DNA of 64,000 bases from Rhodothermales bacterium (GCA_965222505.1 OZ244956.1:788581-852580); one strand, 5' to 3'. Positions 9,584 to 20,601 are shown, counted from the first letter of the stretch. Program-made: numbers and translations. Notes: generated by a model from the letters alone, not told the origin.

Positions 9584-11101
9584 TTAAGGTATCTGAGAGG
9601 CTTGCCCATTTGCCGGCAACCATACATTGAGGTAGTCGAATGCCGTCACCCCTCCCGACAGGTTAAAATCGCCTTGGTGATAACCTGGAGAACTGCCGTT
9701 TTGTTGAAGCCAAACGCTGAGAAAATCAAATGCCGTAATCGCGCCATCGCTGGTGCCGTCACCGCCCCACAGCACAAAATCCCCGTCTATATTCCTCATG
9801 GGCTGTGTGCCATAGGCTTGACCTAAGCTAACCGTAAAATCGTATGCGGCAGTCGTACTTTCAGTCAGAGGCACCGGTGCAACCGTCATTACACCCGCAT
9901 GATTGCGATGTTCGACCACGATGTAGTACTCCCCTGCAGGTACGGCTTCAAATACAAGCGAACTACTTCCATCAAGATCTCGAATGAACCCGTTTGAAAG
10001 AAGAAACCCGGCCCGACCGGCTACCGTTGACGCGGCATTCGGTGCACTTCGCAGATGAACCAATACCCAGTCGACAACATTCTCCGGGACGGCTTGAACT
10101 GTTTCAGTGCCTTCATAATTCCAGGGTGCTCCGGCAAAGGGATGGGAAAGCGGAATATGCATTCCACTTTGCAAATCGGTATGCATGGTGCCAGCGTCAA
10201 ATGGCCCTGCAAGAAAGACCTTAATATCCGTCGGTAAGTTCACGTCGGCCGCCAACAGAAATTCTCCCATCCCTGCAACTCCCGTCAAGACGAGTTCATT
10301 TTCCGAAACATCATAACTGGTAGCTACAGGAATAAATGTACCAAACCCCGGCTCGGACCGTCTATAGGCCACCACACCTGACGGATCGGTAAAGCCCGGA
10401 TTGGATAGTTCATCCAGCGCAATTCGAATTTCAGTAGCAGGATCGAATGTGAGACCCTCTCGTATATGCACCTCCCATCGGTGCTCAAATACAGTATTAT
10501 GGGTAACGCCGGTCGTAGCACTGGGCGGCTGGTCGTAGTAACTAACGGAAACCATAGTGGTATCAACAAATTGAACCGTATTGACACCCACAAAGTCAAT
10601 GGTATAAGCCGTACTTTGAAAATCAAATGTGCCATCTCCTCCCACAATGACCGTAGCTACACCGGCTGGTAGGACTCCGGTTACACAAAAAGCCAGCCAT
10701 TGATTCGGAGGAAAATTGGTCTCATCAAATGTGGTGCCGGGATTGATCCAACTCTGCCCACTCCACCAAATTCCATCCCCATTGGAAACCGTGTATTGTT
10801 TTACATAGTGCGCAGTAAAAAACTTCCAGCGGTACGGAAGTGGTGTGGCTCGAAACTCCAACCCGATAAAATTCTCCAATACATCACCGGCATTCTGTTG
10901 AAGCGATGATGACTGATAGGGAGACGATCCCAACCATCCAATGCTTTCAGTAGAACGACAGGCTCCTTCGGTAGGAATGGTTTGCGCCCAAACAGGAATA
11001 GTGAGACAGCAGGATACAACCAAACCAATGCTAAACAGAATACCAGCGTTGTAACTCATTGGTACATGCGGTTTGATGAGGGAAAGAATATGGCGAAACA
11101 A
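9584..11101 (-). CDS. Secreted hypothetical protein with a C-terminal pair of dockerin-like (Ca-binding-loop-like) repeats
   Basis: 505 aa. Signal peptide (probable start around 11059, MSYNAGILFSIGLVVSCCLTIPVWAQT). C-terminal repeats DGDFVLWGGDGTSDGAITAFDFLSVWL / QGDFNLSGGVTAFDYLNVWL. Confidence 0.4.
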   Translation of the reverse strand: MFRHILSLIKPHVPMSYNAGILFSIGLVVSCCLTIPVWAQTIPTEGACRSTESIGWLGSSPYQSSSLQQNAGDVLENFIGLEFRATPLPYRWKFFTAHYVKQYTVSNGDGIWWSGQSWINPGTTFDETNFPPNQWLAFCVTGVLPAGVATVIVGGDGTFDFQSTAYTIDFVGVNTVQFVDTTMVSVSYYDQPPSATTGVTHNTVFEHRWEVHIREGLTFDPATEIRIALDELSNPGFTDPSGVVAYRRSEPGFGTFIPVATSYDVSENELVLTGVAGMGEFLLAADVNLPTDIKVFLAGPFDAGTMHTDLQSGMHIPLSHPFAGAPWNYEGTETVQAVPENVVDWVLVHLRSAPNAASTVAGRAGFLLSNGFIRDLDGSSSLVFEAVPAGEYYIVVEHRNHAGVMTVAPVPLTESTTAAYDFTVSLGQAYGTQPMRNIDGDFVLWGGDGTSDGAITAFDFLSVWLQQNGSSPGYHQGDFNLSGGVTAFDYLNVWLPANGQASQIP

Positions 11102-11105
11102 CTGA

Positions 11106-12599
11106 TCATGAACGAATTTGAACTGTTCTGATCAGTTGTCGCGTCACCTCGCGGATAAGTTCACGTCTATGCCTGAGGAGTCGTTTTTCACCAGCGGCAC
11201 TTTGCTGACCTTCAAGCAGCAAATTGGGAACAACAACCGCTGGACTTACGACGTATGTATATTCCCAGGGGATGCTGGATACGGAAGGAGGGCTATTCAT
11301 CATACGGCGTAAGCGTACCCTATTTCTTTCATGCGCCTTTTCAAGGTCCGCGATAGTGTCGGTCAGTTCGTTTCTGTATTGAACAAGCTCGATTTCTTTT
11401 TTGAACTTCTTTTCTTGCGATGCTCGCGTATAGGCCAGCGTCAAGGTATTTCTGCTGGCTTTTGATTCATTAATCAACGTCCGAAGTTCAGCATTGTATT
11501 TTTGAATTACACCGTTGATGACTGCGGCATTCTTCACTTTCCTTTGCACATCAAAAGTGATACGTATCGGCTCTGCAGCCCATGATTCCAATTCATGAGA
11601 CCCAAGCCAAACTATACTGCCGGATACAACACTAATAAGTTTGGCATTAAACTCGACACGTAGCCATTTGGAAGGCACCCGTGCCGGTAAGGCATCGGGT
11701 AACGAACCAAATTTTAACCCAGGATTTGCTTGTAGAAATGACTTGACTTCAGGCAACTCCTGGATATTGAGCATACGATTTTCTGCATCGTTTACGGCTA
11801 AACCATTGATCTGAAGCACATAGTCGGCTTGGTCACTTCCCGTCTGTGCTGCCCGAATCACTTCTGCGATGTCGATCATTTCATCTTCCGTACGCTTGTG
11901 TCCGGGTAACCCGATTTGGCTGATTTCGTCAACTTCGCTGATTCTTTTTATGTAGTCTTTTTGCGTCAATACGCCACTTTTCAGTTGTTCTGCCAATAGT
12001 GATTTGAGGGCATCATATTCCTTGTTTTCAATCAGTCGTTCGTAGTTAGTCCACCAGTATCGGGTATCATTTGCCCGGTCGCGCAAATCCCGAAGCTTGG
12101 CTTCAAATTTTGAACGATCCAATACATTAAAACCCTGCCGCAAGAGGGCAGCTTCAATGGCCTGTTCAGCCTCATTGTAATAGCCGTCGGTCCTGAAGAC
12201 CTCATGAAGGCCCCGTCCTACCGCTTCACTTTCCTGTCGTCCCTCGGTACTGCTCAACGATTGCGATGTGGCCTTATCAGGAACAGCGATGATTACCGAA
12301 GGAGCAGTATCCGGCTTGTTACGGCTTGCCCCTGGATTGTTATAATAGGCATCCGTATTTGGCGCAACGGTTTGTGCTAATGAAATCACGAGCCGGCTCC
12401 GTTCCTCCTCGGGAACGGGCCGTTCGGCAATATATTTCACTTCCAATACGGCCGATACGTCAGGGGGTGTAGTATACAAAGGCTTGAATACCTTTGGCCC
12501 ACAGCCGGCACCAATAATAGCAAAAAGAATCACAAATAATTGCAGCCTAATCATATCATGGCTTCTCTTTAGTTCCGAGACTCGTGTGTTAAAGCACAT
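11106..12599 (-). CDS. Hypothetical lipoprotein with an extended coiled-coil region; co-operonic with the 9584-11101 gene (4-nt gap)
   Basis: Probable start MIRLQLFVILFAIIGAGCG (lipobox AGC); K/E/R-rich coiled-coil-like stretches. Confidence 0.4.
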   Translation of the reverse strand: MCFNTRVSELKRSHDMIRLQLFVILFAIIGAGCGPKVFKPLYTTPPDVSAVLEVKYIAERPVPEEERSRLVISLAQTVAPNTDAYYNNPGASRNKPDTAPSVIIAVPDKATSQSLSSTEGRQESEAVGRGLHEVFRTDGYYNEAEQAIEAALLRQGFNVLDRSKFEAKLRDLRDRANDTRYWWTNYERLIENKEYDALKSLLAEQLKSGVLTQKDYIKRISEVDEISQIGLPGHKRTEDEMIDIAEVIRAAQTGSDQADYVLQINGLAVNDAENRMLNIQELPEVKSFLQANPGLKFGSLPDALPARVPSKWLRVEFNAKLISVVSGSIVWLGSHELESWAAEPIRITFDVQRKVKNAAVINGVIQKYNAELRTLINESKASRNTLTLAYTRASQEKKFKKEIELVQYRNELTDTIADLEKAHERNRVRLRRMMNSPPSVSSIPWEYTYVVSPAVVVPNLLLEGQQSAAGEKRLLRHRRELIREVTRQLIRTVQIRS

Positions 12600-12689
12600 G
12601 GTTTTCTATATCTATTAAATACGATGTTTTTTCTCCCCTGTAGACACCCGTGGTTCCTTTTTTTCGACATACCACCGGCTCAACCTTGA

Positions 12690-13307
12690 GTGCCAACCAT
12701 ATTTAGGCTATTTTGGGAGCACGCACCTACTCTAGATCCTTGTCTCACAACCCGTATGGCTTCTATTACCGGACTTCTTGTACAGTGGAAGGATGGCGAT
12801 ACCGAAGCTGGTAACCAACTGTTCAACCTCATCTACCAAGACCTCCACCTCCTCGCACAGCGGCAACGAAAGGGGTGGGAGCACCTCGAAACATTTAATA
12901 CAACGGCACTCGTACACGAGCTCTTTCTGAAATGGGACAAAGCAGCCCATATAACGGCAGAAGACCGACGGCAGCTTTATTTTTTCGCTGCACACGCCCT
13001 TCGCAATATTTTAGTTGATTACGCCCGTTCCAAAAAACGAAAGAAGCGAGGAGGCAGCCGACGCAACACTACACTACACGATATACATGATAACTCGGTA
13101 GCATTAGAAATAGAGGACATCCTGGCCCTTAATTCCGCTATCGATACGCTACGAACCCAAAGTACAAGATTGGCAGATGTTGTAGAATTGCATTTCTTCG
13201 GTGGGTTTTCATATACCGAAATTGCGGACACTTTAGGAGTAACCAAACGTACCGTCGCCCGCGATTGGCTAAAGGCCAAAACCCTACTTTATCGTACATT
13301 ACGGTAA
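12690..13307 (+). CDS. ECF-type RNA polymerase sigma factor of the kinase-associated (Sig70_X6/ECF43-like) type
   Basis: Region-2-like ...ALVHELFLKW... and region-4 HTH ...DVVELHFFGGFSYTEIADTLGVTKRTVARDW... The true start is probably the internal Met near 12756. A Ser/Thr kinase gene lies immediately downstream. Confidence 0.75.
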   Translation: MPTIFRLFWEHAPTLDPCLTTRMASITGLLVQWKDGDTEAGNQLFNLIYQDLHLLAQRQRKGWEHLETFNTTALVHELFLKWDKAAHITAEDRRQLYFFAAHALRNILVDYARSKKRKKRGGSRRNTTLHDIHDNSVALEIEDILALNSAIDTLRTQSTRLADVVELHFFGGFSYTEIADTLGVTKRTVARDWLKAKTLLYRTLR

Positions 13308-13341
13308 CGGTTTCCCTATCCGACACCAAACCTGTACCCTC

Positions 13342-16056
13342 ATGCATGCACCCAAATGGTCACGCATCGAAGCAATACTAGACCATGCCCTCACCTTGTC
13401 TGGCCCCAAAAGAACAGCGTACATCGACAAAGCCTGTGCACACGATCCAACACTCAAGGATGAAGTTTACCGTCTGCTGGAAGATATGGCTAAAGCAGAG
13501 GCAAGTTCTTTCCTCAAGCAACCAGCCGGTTATGAACTTCAGAATTTAGCACGTCAGGCTTTCGCTTCGGACGCAGACGAATGGATCGGACAAACCCTGG
13601 GGGGATATCGGGTGCTAGAACATATTGGAAGCGGGGGTATGGGATCCGTTTACCTTGCCAAACGAGTCGATGAATCATTTCATCAGCAAGTAGCCATCAA
13701 ACTCATAAAACGGGGCATGAATACCGATAGAGTGATCCGGCGCTTTGTCCGTGAGCGACAAATCCTTGCCCAGCTACGTCATCCCCATATTGCACGCCTG
13801 ATTGATGGCGGCGTAACCGAAGATGGCCTCCCCTATTTTGTGATGGACCATATCGAAGGGCTACCCCTCATATCCTATTGTGATACATATACTTTGACAG
13901 TTGGTGAGCGCATTGATTTGTTTCAGCAAATTTGCGAGGCTGTACGATATGCCCATCAAAATCTGATCGTACACCGTGACCTAAAACCTAGCAATATCCT
14001 CGTTACACCAGCCGGACAAGTCAAGTTATTGGACTTCGGTATTGCCAAAATGCTGGACTATGGTCAACCCGATCAAACCCGTACGGACACTCAAATCCTC
14101 ACCCCTGCCTATGCAGCCCCTGAGCAAATTAAGCGTGAACCGATTACCACAGCTACCGATGTATATGCTTTAGGTATTTTGCTCTATGAGTTGCTCACCG
14201 GCCATCGACCATACCGAGTCGCAAACAAAACGTATGAAGACTTGATCCATGCCATTTGCAATACCATACCGATACGACCCAGTATGGCGATATCACAAGT
14301 ATCGGAGAATAAAGACGGTAGTCGCATATCCCCTGATTCACTTAGTGCAAAACGTCGAACGACTCCGGCGCAACTCAAACGCCGGCTACGCGGAGACCTC
14401 GATACCATCACTCTAATGGCGCTTCGCAAGGAACCCTCTCGTCGGTATCCTTCAGCAGACGCAATGTTGGTCGATCTCAATTCACATGTGGCAGGAATGC
14501 CGATTACAGCCCAAAAAGACACTTTTGGATATCGAGCCGGTAAATTCGTCCGAAGGCACAAGTGGGGCGTCACTGTGACCCTTGTTGGTGTGCTTGCGGG
14601 GTTGGGATTTACATGGCAGTTGGTTCAGGAGCGTAACCGCGCCGAAACCAAGGCCGCTGAAGCGGAGGCCGTATCCAACTACCTCGTATCGCTTTTTGCA
14701 GCACCCGATCCCTTTTCCTATCGAAGTGGCGATTATGAGGATGTAGATGCCGACACCCTCCGCGTTGCTGATTTCCTGAGACTGAGCGCCAAGCGCGTGG
14801 AGTTAGACTTGAATGACCAGCCTGCCGTCAAAGCATTACTGTTAAGCACGATGGGCACGGCTTTTCAAAACTTATCCGATCTGGAGACGGCTGAGCACTT
14901 AATCTCTACCAGCATTGGATTACGCAGTGAGCTGGGCAAAACAGAACAGGAGAACGTGGTAAAATCATTAGCAACCCTCGCAGATATTAATCTTGATCAA
15001 GGGCAATATCAGACAGCTGATTCTTTGTATAAACACGCATTAGAACTTAGCCAAACACTAGATGACACTCCCAATGTACAAACAGCAGTAATTTACAATG
15101 GAATGGGGATCGTCGAACTCAGGAAGGGCAATTATGTAGAGACAGAGGCTTTGTTCAGAGAAGCACTCTCCATTAGACTTGAGCGCCTTCCCCCTGAACA
15201 CAATGACATCTTTCAATCATACAATAACCTAGGGGCTGTGCAAATGAGACAGGGGAAATATGACGAAGCTGAGCAAAATTATAACCGTTGTCTTGAATTC
15301 GATAAGGTACACCTGGGCTTAGATCACCCTGGTACAGCCATTACCCTTGGAAATTTAGCAACGGTTGCATACCAAAAAGGCGATTATGATAAATCTGAAC
15401 GCCTGAACCGTGAAGCATTAGCCATTCGGCGGCAACGACTGGCTCCAGAAAATTCATACATCTCCCAGAACCTTAACAATCTAGCGACAACTTTAAGGGC
15501 AAAAGGCAATTATGACGAAGCGCTAGCCCTTTTTAAGGAAGCCCGCAGCCTTTTCCATTTGATCCAAGGCAGTGAGAGTTCTGGTGTAGCGATCTCTCTG
15601 CTGAATATTGGCACCACCTTAGGTTTACAGGACAAGAATGAAGAAGCCCTGGAGATGCTCTATGACGCACTGGAAATGTGGAAGCGTCTGTTCGGCCCAG
15701 CGCATCCTCGAATTGCGCAAACGATGATGCAAATTGGCATTGTCCTCATGGAAGAAGGCCAACTAGATGAGGCTGAGGCCTTTCACCGGCAAGCACTCGC
15801 AATGAGACAAGAACTCATTGGTACCGATCATCCAGACATTGCCGCTTCAAAAAGCAATTTAGGTGTTGTACTTACGGCCCAAGGTGCACTTGAAGAAGCT
15901 GAACCATACCATTTGCAAGCGGTTGACCTAGCTATAAAATCACTCGGTCAAACCCACCCCTACACCCAGACATACGTACGTAACACTGTTGCCCTCTATG
16001 AGACTTGGAACCGGCCGGAACAGGCCGCAACCTATCGAGAACGGCTGACGGAGTAG
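13342..16056 (+). CDS. Ser/Thr protein kinase with a C-terminal TPR-repeat domain
   Basis: 904 aa; GxGxxG ...LEHIGSGGMGSVYLA..., VAIK, HRDLKPSNILV, DFGIAK, APE motifs; one TM segment; multiple TPR repeats (...YNNLGAVQMRQGKYDEAE...). Confidence 0.9.
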   Translation: MHAPKWSRIEAILDHALTLSGPKRTAYIDKACAHDPTLKDEVYRLLEDMAKAEASSFLKQPAGYELQNLARQAFASDADEWIGQTLGGYRVLEHIGSGGMGSVYLAKRVDESFHQQVAIKLIKRGMNTDRVIRRFVRERQILAQLRHPHIARLIDGGVTEDGLPYFVMDHIEGLPLISYCDTYTLTVGERIDLFQQICEAVRYAHQNLIVHRDLKPSNILVTPAGQVKLLDFGIAKMLDYGQPDQTRTDTQILTPAYAAPEQIKREPITTATDVYALGILLYELLTGHRPYRVANKTYEDLIHAICNTIPIRPSMAISQVSENKDGSRISPDSLSAKRRTTPAQLKRRLRGDLDTITLMALRKEPSRRYPSADAMLVDLNSHVAGMPITAQKDTFGYRAGKFVRRHKWGVTVTLVGVLAGLGFTWQLVQERNRAETKAAEAEAVSNYLVSLFAAPDPFSYRSGDYEDVDADTLRVADFLRLSAKRVELDLNDQPAVKALLLSTMGTAFQNLSDLETAEHLISTSIGLRSELGKTEQENVVKSLATLADINLDQGQYQTADSLYKHALELSQTLDDTPNVQTAVIYNGMGIVELRKGNYVETEALFREALSIRLERLPPEHNDIFQSYNNLGAVQMRQGKYDEAEQNYNRCLEFDKVHLGLDHPGTAITLGNLATVAYQKGDYDKSERLNREALAIRRQRLAPENSYISQNLNNLATTLRAKGNYDEALALFKEARSLFHLIQGSESSGVAISLLNIGTTLGLQDKNEEALEMLYDALEMWKRLFGPAHPRIAQTMMQIGIVLMEEGQLDEAEAFHRQALAMRQELIGTDHPDIAASKSNLGVVLTAQGALEEAEPYHLQAVDLAIKSLGQTHPYTQTYVRNTVALYETWNRPEQAATYRERLTE

Positions 16057-16114
16057 GAGCCTTTTCCCTAATGAGTACGCAGATGCATTACTGGGACAGG
16101 GGGGGTACGATGGG

Positions 16115-16426
16115 CTAGTTGCAGCGCTCCTGTAGGTCCTTGATCCAGGCAAGGGGTAGGCCACCACCGGCCATGCCTCGGATGTATTGGTAGTCGGTAT
16201 CGCTGTTGCGCATGAAGCGCTGTTGGTCCTCACGGATCTCCTTGAACCCTACAGATACCGGTTCGCCCACGCGGCGGGCTTGTTCCCGGATGTAGACGGG
16301 TTCACGTTCAAAGGGCCGAGCCTGCTCCGGTACACAAATCCGATAGGCCATCGTCGCACCCCACACGATCAGAAAGAAAATGATCGGGATAATCACCATC
16401 ACGAAGAGGAGCGCAATCGGATGCAT
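16115..16426 (-). CDS. Small single-TM hypothetical protein at the distal end of the cox operon
   Basis: 103 aa; one hydrophobic helix; overlaps the subunit-IV gene stop by a few nt, consistent with co-transcription. Confidence 0.3.
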   Translation of the reverse strand: MHPIALLFVMVIIPIIFFLIVWGATMAYRICVPEQARPFEREPVYIREQARRVGEPVSVGFKEIREDQQRFMRNSDTDYQYIRGMAGGGLPLAWIKDLQERCN

Positions 16427-16437
16427 GGATATTCAAA

Positions 16438-16911
16438 CTATTGTGTCGGTCCCTTCGGATTGGGGAAGCGGGTAGAATCCGGGGTATTGACCAACGGCTG
16501 TGCCTCGAACTGAGGGCGTACGATTTCATCGCGTTCGCCGAGGACTTGTTCCTCAGCCTCGCGGTCTTTTACGGTAATCGCCTTGTCGGCCTCAAAAAAG
16601 CCGCGGAAATTGGTATCAAGCAGCGTGATACCGATGAAGACCAGCACAAACAGGGACCCCACGACGAACACCATCATGTTTACCCGAGTGTCATACCAGA
16701 GGGCCATAAAAAACATCACCACCAGTGCGGCCTTCGCTACTGCGATGGCCAGAGCCAGCGGCACGTTAAACATGCCGAGGTCTACATATTCGGCGGTCAG
16801 GTACGTCACAATCGTCAGGATGATGAGTGCGGCAAAGACGCCGTAGAGGATTTTCCACGGTGTCTTGTGGTGCCCGTGGTTTTCGTCGTGTGCAGTGTGT
16901 TCGGTTGCCAT
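16438..16911 (-). CDS. Cytochrome c oxidase subunit IV (prokaryotic caa3-type, CtaF/CoxD-like)
   Basis: 157 aa; three TM helices; His-rich N-terminus; positioned after subunit III. Confidence 0.55.
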   Translation of the reverse strand: MATEHTAHDENHGHHKTPWKILYGVFAALIILTIVTYLTAEYVDLGMFNVPLALAIAVAKAALVVMFFMALWYDTRVNMMVFVVGSLFVLVFIGITLLDTNFRGFFEADKAITVKDREAEEQVLGERDEIVRPQFEAQPLVNTPDSTRFPNPKGPTQ

Positions 16912-16958
16912 TCTTATGTGTGTTTAACCCATCTTTTTATGGGATGTACCTTCGGCGA

Positions 16959-17657
16959 TTAAATGAGGTACAACAGGGGAAAGAGGAAAATCCAGATGAT
17001 ATCAACCAGATGCCAGTACAGGCCGGTCAATTCTACCGGGGTGTAGTAGGCGCTGGAAAAGCGCCCTTTGATGGCTTTAACCAGGACCCAGATAAACACG
17101 CCGATGCCAACGAGCACGTGGAACCCGTGGATGCCGGTCATGACGAAGTAGATGCTAAAAAACTGTGGTGCATATGGGATGTTATAGTCGCCGTAGTTAA
17201 CGCCGTGGCTTTCCCCAAACGGTGCAAAACTGGCCCCTGGAAATACCCCATGCGAGAATTTTCCGGAGTATTCCACGTACTTGACGGCCATAAAGCAGAA
17301 GGCAAAAAAGATCGTCAGCAGGATACACACGATCAGGCCACGCTGGTTGTCATCCTGAATAAACCGAATGGCCATGGCCACCGTCAGGGATGAGGCCAGC
17401 AGCACGACGGTGTTCACCCCGCCCCAGAAGGGGTCCAGGAGTTCACTGGCTACGGTAAAGACTTCCGGGTACCACACCCGGTACACCACGTAGGCCACGA
17501 ACATCCCGCTGAAGAGCAGGATCTCCGTGATGAGGAAGAGCCACATGCCCATCTTGGACGCATCGAACTGCTGTTCCGAGGACACAAAGTGGTGATGCAG
17601 GTGGGCAGGATGATCGTGTTCGTGCACGTCCCCTGCATGAGCTACCGTTGTTGACAT
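16959..17657 (-). CDS. coxC: Cytochrome c oxidase subunit III
   Basis: 232 aa; conserved COX3 helices (...FFMAVKYVEY..., ...IYFVMTGIHGFHVLVG..., ...YWHLVDIIWIFLFPLLY). Confidence 0.9.
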   Translation of the reverse strand: MSTTVAHAGDVHEHDHPAHLHHHFVSSEQQFDASKMGMWLFLITEILLFSGMFVAYVVYRVWYPEVFTVASELLDPFWGGVNTVVLLASSLTVAMAIRFIQDDNQRGLIVCILLTIFFAFCFMAVKYVEYSGKFSHGVFPGASFAPFGESHGVNYGDYNIPYAPQFFSIYFVMTGIHGFHVLVGIGVFIWVLVKAIKGRFSSAYYTPVELTGLYWHLVDIIWIFLFPLLYLI

Positions 17658-17679
17658 CTACTTATTTGGGATAGTTAAT

Positions 17680-17775
17680 AAATGAAAACGTAGTTCGTAT
17701 TACGTATTGCGTAAGAGAAATCGCACTCATGTTTGAGGGCACCTTTACGCAATACGCGATACGCATTACAGAAAT
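17680..17775 (-). repeat. Structured intercistronic repeat element, copy A (coxA stop to coxC start)
   Basis: + strand: ...cgtattacgtattgcgtaagagaaatcgcactcatgtttgagggcacctttacgcaatacgcgatacgcattac... Arms cgtattgcgtaag / cttacgcaatacg, plus an extra tandem arm copy next to the upstream stop. Confidence 0.6.
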
Positions 17776-19508
17776 TATGCGTCGGTCTGTTCGGTCGGGG
17801 AGATCACCGGTTCATCGGCCCCACCATCGCCATAGAGTTCATCGACGTACTTGTATTCATACGGCCCACGTGTCACGATGGGCATTTTGGTAAAGTTGTG
17901 CGGATCCGGCGGGGTCGTGGTGGCCATCCATTCCAGCGTGGCCGCGCCCCAGGGGTTGGCTCCGGCCAGGGGTGCCTTCTTGCGCAAGGAGGCCAGGAGT
18001 GTAATCGCGGCGATCAACAGTCCCAGGGTCAGGACCAGGGAGCCGACCGTCGACATCTGGTGAAACTGCTGGAACAGGTCGATCAATTCCTGTTTGATCG
18101 GCTCGCCGGTTGCCATTTGCGAATAGTCGTGGTAACGGCGCGGCATGCCCTGGCTACCCAGGATGAACTGCGGGAAAAAGGTCAGGTTGAACCCGATGAA
18201 CACAAGCCCCGCGCCGATGGATGACCACAGCTGGTTGTACATCTTGCCGAACATCTTGGGCCACCAGTAGTGTACCCCGCCCAGGAAGGCGATCACGTTA
18301 CCGCCCATCATCGTATAGTGGAAGTGGGCCACCACGTAGTAGGTATCGTGCAGGTGGACATCGACGGCCAACACACCCAGCATCACACCGGTTACCCCAC
18401 CGATGGTAAACAGAAACAGGAAGGCCAGCGCATAAAGCATGGGTGTGCGTAACCACACCGAGCCCTTGTACATCGTAGCCACCCAGTTAAAGACCTTGAT
18501 CCCCGAAGGAATCCCGATCAGGTAGGTGATGAGTGAGAAGACAATCGAGGAGACTTCCGACTGGCCAGCCACGAACATGTGATGCCCCCAGACCAGGAAG
18601 CCGAGGAAGGCAATCGCCACCGAGGAAAGCGCGATGGGTTTGTATCCGAAGATGTTCTGGCGGGAGAAAGTGGTGACCAACTCCGAAATAATCCCAAAAG
18701 CCGGCAGAATCATGACGTAGACCGCCGGGTGCGAGTAGAACCAGAAAAAGTGCTGAAACAGCACCGCATCGCCCCCCAGGGCAGGGTCGAAGATACCGAT
18801 GCCCAGATAATGCTCCAGGAACAACAGCACCACCGTAATCCCGAGTACGGGCGTGGCAAGCACCTGAACGATAGCCGTCGAATACAGCCCCCAGATCATC
18901 AACGGGAGCCGGTTCCACGTCATACCCGGTGTACGCATCTTGTGGATGGTCACAATAAAGTTCAGACCCGTCAGGATGGACGAAAAGCCTGCCACAAACA
19001 CCGCCATGGTCATCCACCGGACCGCGTTACTTGCTTGCGAGGAATAGGGTGTATAAAAGGTCCATCCGGTATCCACCTCGCCGGCCAGAATGGCCGAGAC
19101 CGCCAGAATGGCCCCGGTAATGTAGAGGTAGAAGCTCGCCAGGTTCAGCCGGGGAAATGCGACATCCTTGGCCCCGATCATGATGGGCAACACAAAATTG
19201 CCCAGCGAGGCCGGGATCGCAACGAGGATGAAGAGAAAAATCATGATCGCTCCGTGGAGCGTATACACCTGGTTGTACGTATTGCTGTCCAGGAATTGTG
19301 TCCCCGGCGAAAACAACTCCAGCCGGATGATAACAGCCAAAAGCCCTGCAACAAAAAAGAACGTAACCACCGAGAACAAGTACATCAAACCGATGCGTTT
19401 GTGGTCTACGGTGAGCAACCAGGACATGATGCCCTTGGGATGTTTCAAGTAGTTGTGTTCGCCTTCATACCCCTTCGGGACGTTGGCTTGTACTGTGGTT
19501 GCACTCAT
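17775..19508 (-). CDS. coxA: Cytochrome c oxidase subunit I
   Basis: 577 aa; heme-copper oxidase signature (...[17 protein letters not shown]..., ...HHMFVAG...). Confidence 0.95.
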   Translation of the reverse strand: MSATTVQANVPKGYEGEHNYLKHPKGIMSWLLTVDHKRIGLMYLFSVVTFFFVAGLLAVIIRLELFSPGTQFLDSNTYNQVYTLHGAIMIFLFILVAIPASLGNFVLPIMIGAKDVAFPRLNLASFYLYITGAILAVSAILAGEVDTGWTFYTPYSSQASNAVRWMTMAVFVAGFSSILTGLNFIVTIHKMRTPGMTWNRLPLMIWGLYSTAIVQVLATPVLGITVVLLFLEHYLGIGIFDPALGGDAVLFQHFFWFYSHPAVYVMILPAFGIISELVTTFSRQNIFGYKPIALSSVAIAFLGFLVWGHHMFVAGQSEVSSIVFSLITYLIGIPSGIKVFNWVATMYKGSVWLRTPMLYALAFLFLFTIGGVTGVMLGVLAVDVHLHDTYYVVAHFHYTMMGGNVIAFLGGVHYWWPKMFGKMYNQLWSSIGAGLVFIGFNLTFFPQFILGSQGMPRRYHDYSQMATGEPIKQELIDLFQQFHQMSTVGSLVLTLGLLIAAITLLASLRKKAPLAGANPWGAATLEWMATTTPPDPHNFTKMPIVTRGPYEYKYVDELYGDGGADEPVISPTEQTDA

Positions 19509-19581
19509 AGTCGGTCAGGTGAGGGTTTCTGGGTACCCGGGGGGGTAGCCCTATGCCTTCGAAAATCGCTAAACGCTAATA

Positions 19582-20601
19582 TTATTGAACGGACTTGATG
19601 TATTCAACCAAGGCCTGGACTTCGGTATCATCGAGTGTCATCATCGGCATCACATTCTGGTAGCCGTTGACGATTTTGGCGCCGGGTTCTACGATAGACT
19701 CGCGGAGGTATTCTTCGTCCACCTGCACGCTGGACCCATCGCTGAGTTGTTCCTGCCGCCCAAAAAGGCCCTGGAACGTTGGGCCGACTGTCGCCGAGCC
19801 GTCCAGGCTGTGGCAGGTGACGCATGCTTTCGTGGCGTAGAGGCCTTCGCCATATTCAGCGGTCGGCTCGGCATTCTCGACGGTATTGACCCATTCGGTA
19901 AACACATCTTCGGGAAGCACGTGGAGCCGGGTGGCCATCCGGGAGTGGGCATCCCCACAGTATTCGGTGCAGAACACCTGCACGAAGTCTGCCCCTTCTA
20001 CATCGGCCGTATTGCTGGTCAGTTCATTGGCGATGAACCAGATCGATGTATAGCGGTTGGGAATGACGTCGTGCTTCACCCGGAAATCAGGGATAAAGAA
20101 ACTGTGGAGGACGTCGTCGCTGGTCATGATGAGCTTGACCGGGCGGTCGATGGGCACCAGTAGTTCGTTGGTGACTTTGCCCGAGGGGTACTGAAATTCC
20201 CAGGCCCACTTGCGGCCCTTGACGTAGATTTCATACGCATCCGGCGGGGCCACTGTGACCTTTACAAAGGCACTGAACCCCCATACAAAAACGACCATCA
20301 CCAAAATAGTGGGCAGTACAGCCCAAGCCGTTTCAGTAATCTTGCTCGGATGCACGTCTTCCGCACGTTCATGAGCGTCTTTGCGGATGTACTTCCACAT
20401 CAGGTACAACATCCACGTCACCACACCCACCATGAGCGCAGCACTGGCCCAGTTGACGAAATAAAAGACTTCATCAATCACAGGAGCCAGGTTCGACTTC
20501 TGCGGGGGCATCCAGCCATACACGGCCCAGAGTACCGCCATCCCGACCAGGGAAAGCATTGAGATGATGAGGACCATGACACCGATATTACGATTTTTCA
20601 T
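19582..20601 (-). CDS. coxB: Cytochrome c oxidase subunit II with a fused C-terminal cytochrome c domain (caa3-type)
   Basis: 339 aa; CuA site ...FCTEYCGDAHSRM...; C-terminal CVTCHSLDG heme c motif. Confidence 0.9.
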   Translation of the reverse strand: MKNRNIGVMVLIISMLSLVGMAVLWAVYGWMPPQKSNLAPVIDEVFYFVNWASAALMVGVVTWMLYLMWKYIRKDAHERAEDVHPSKITETAWAVLPTILVMVVFVWGFSAFVKVTVAPPDAYEIYVKGRKWAWEFQYPSGKVTNELLVPIDRPVKLIMTSDDVLHSFFIPDFRVKHDVIPNRYTSIWFIANELTSNTADVEGADFVQVFCTEYCGDAHSRMATRLHVLPEDVFTEWVNTVENAEPTAEYGEGLYATKACVTCHSLDGSATVGPTFQGLFGRQEQLSDGSSVQVDEEYLRESIVEPGAKIVNGYQNVMPMMTLDDTEVQALVEYIKSVQ

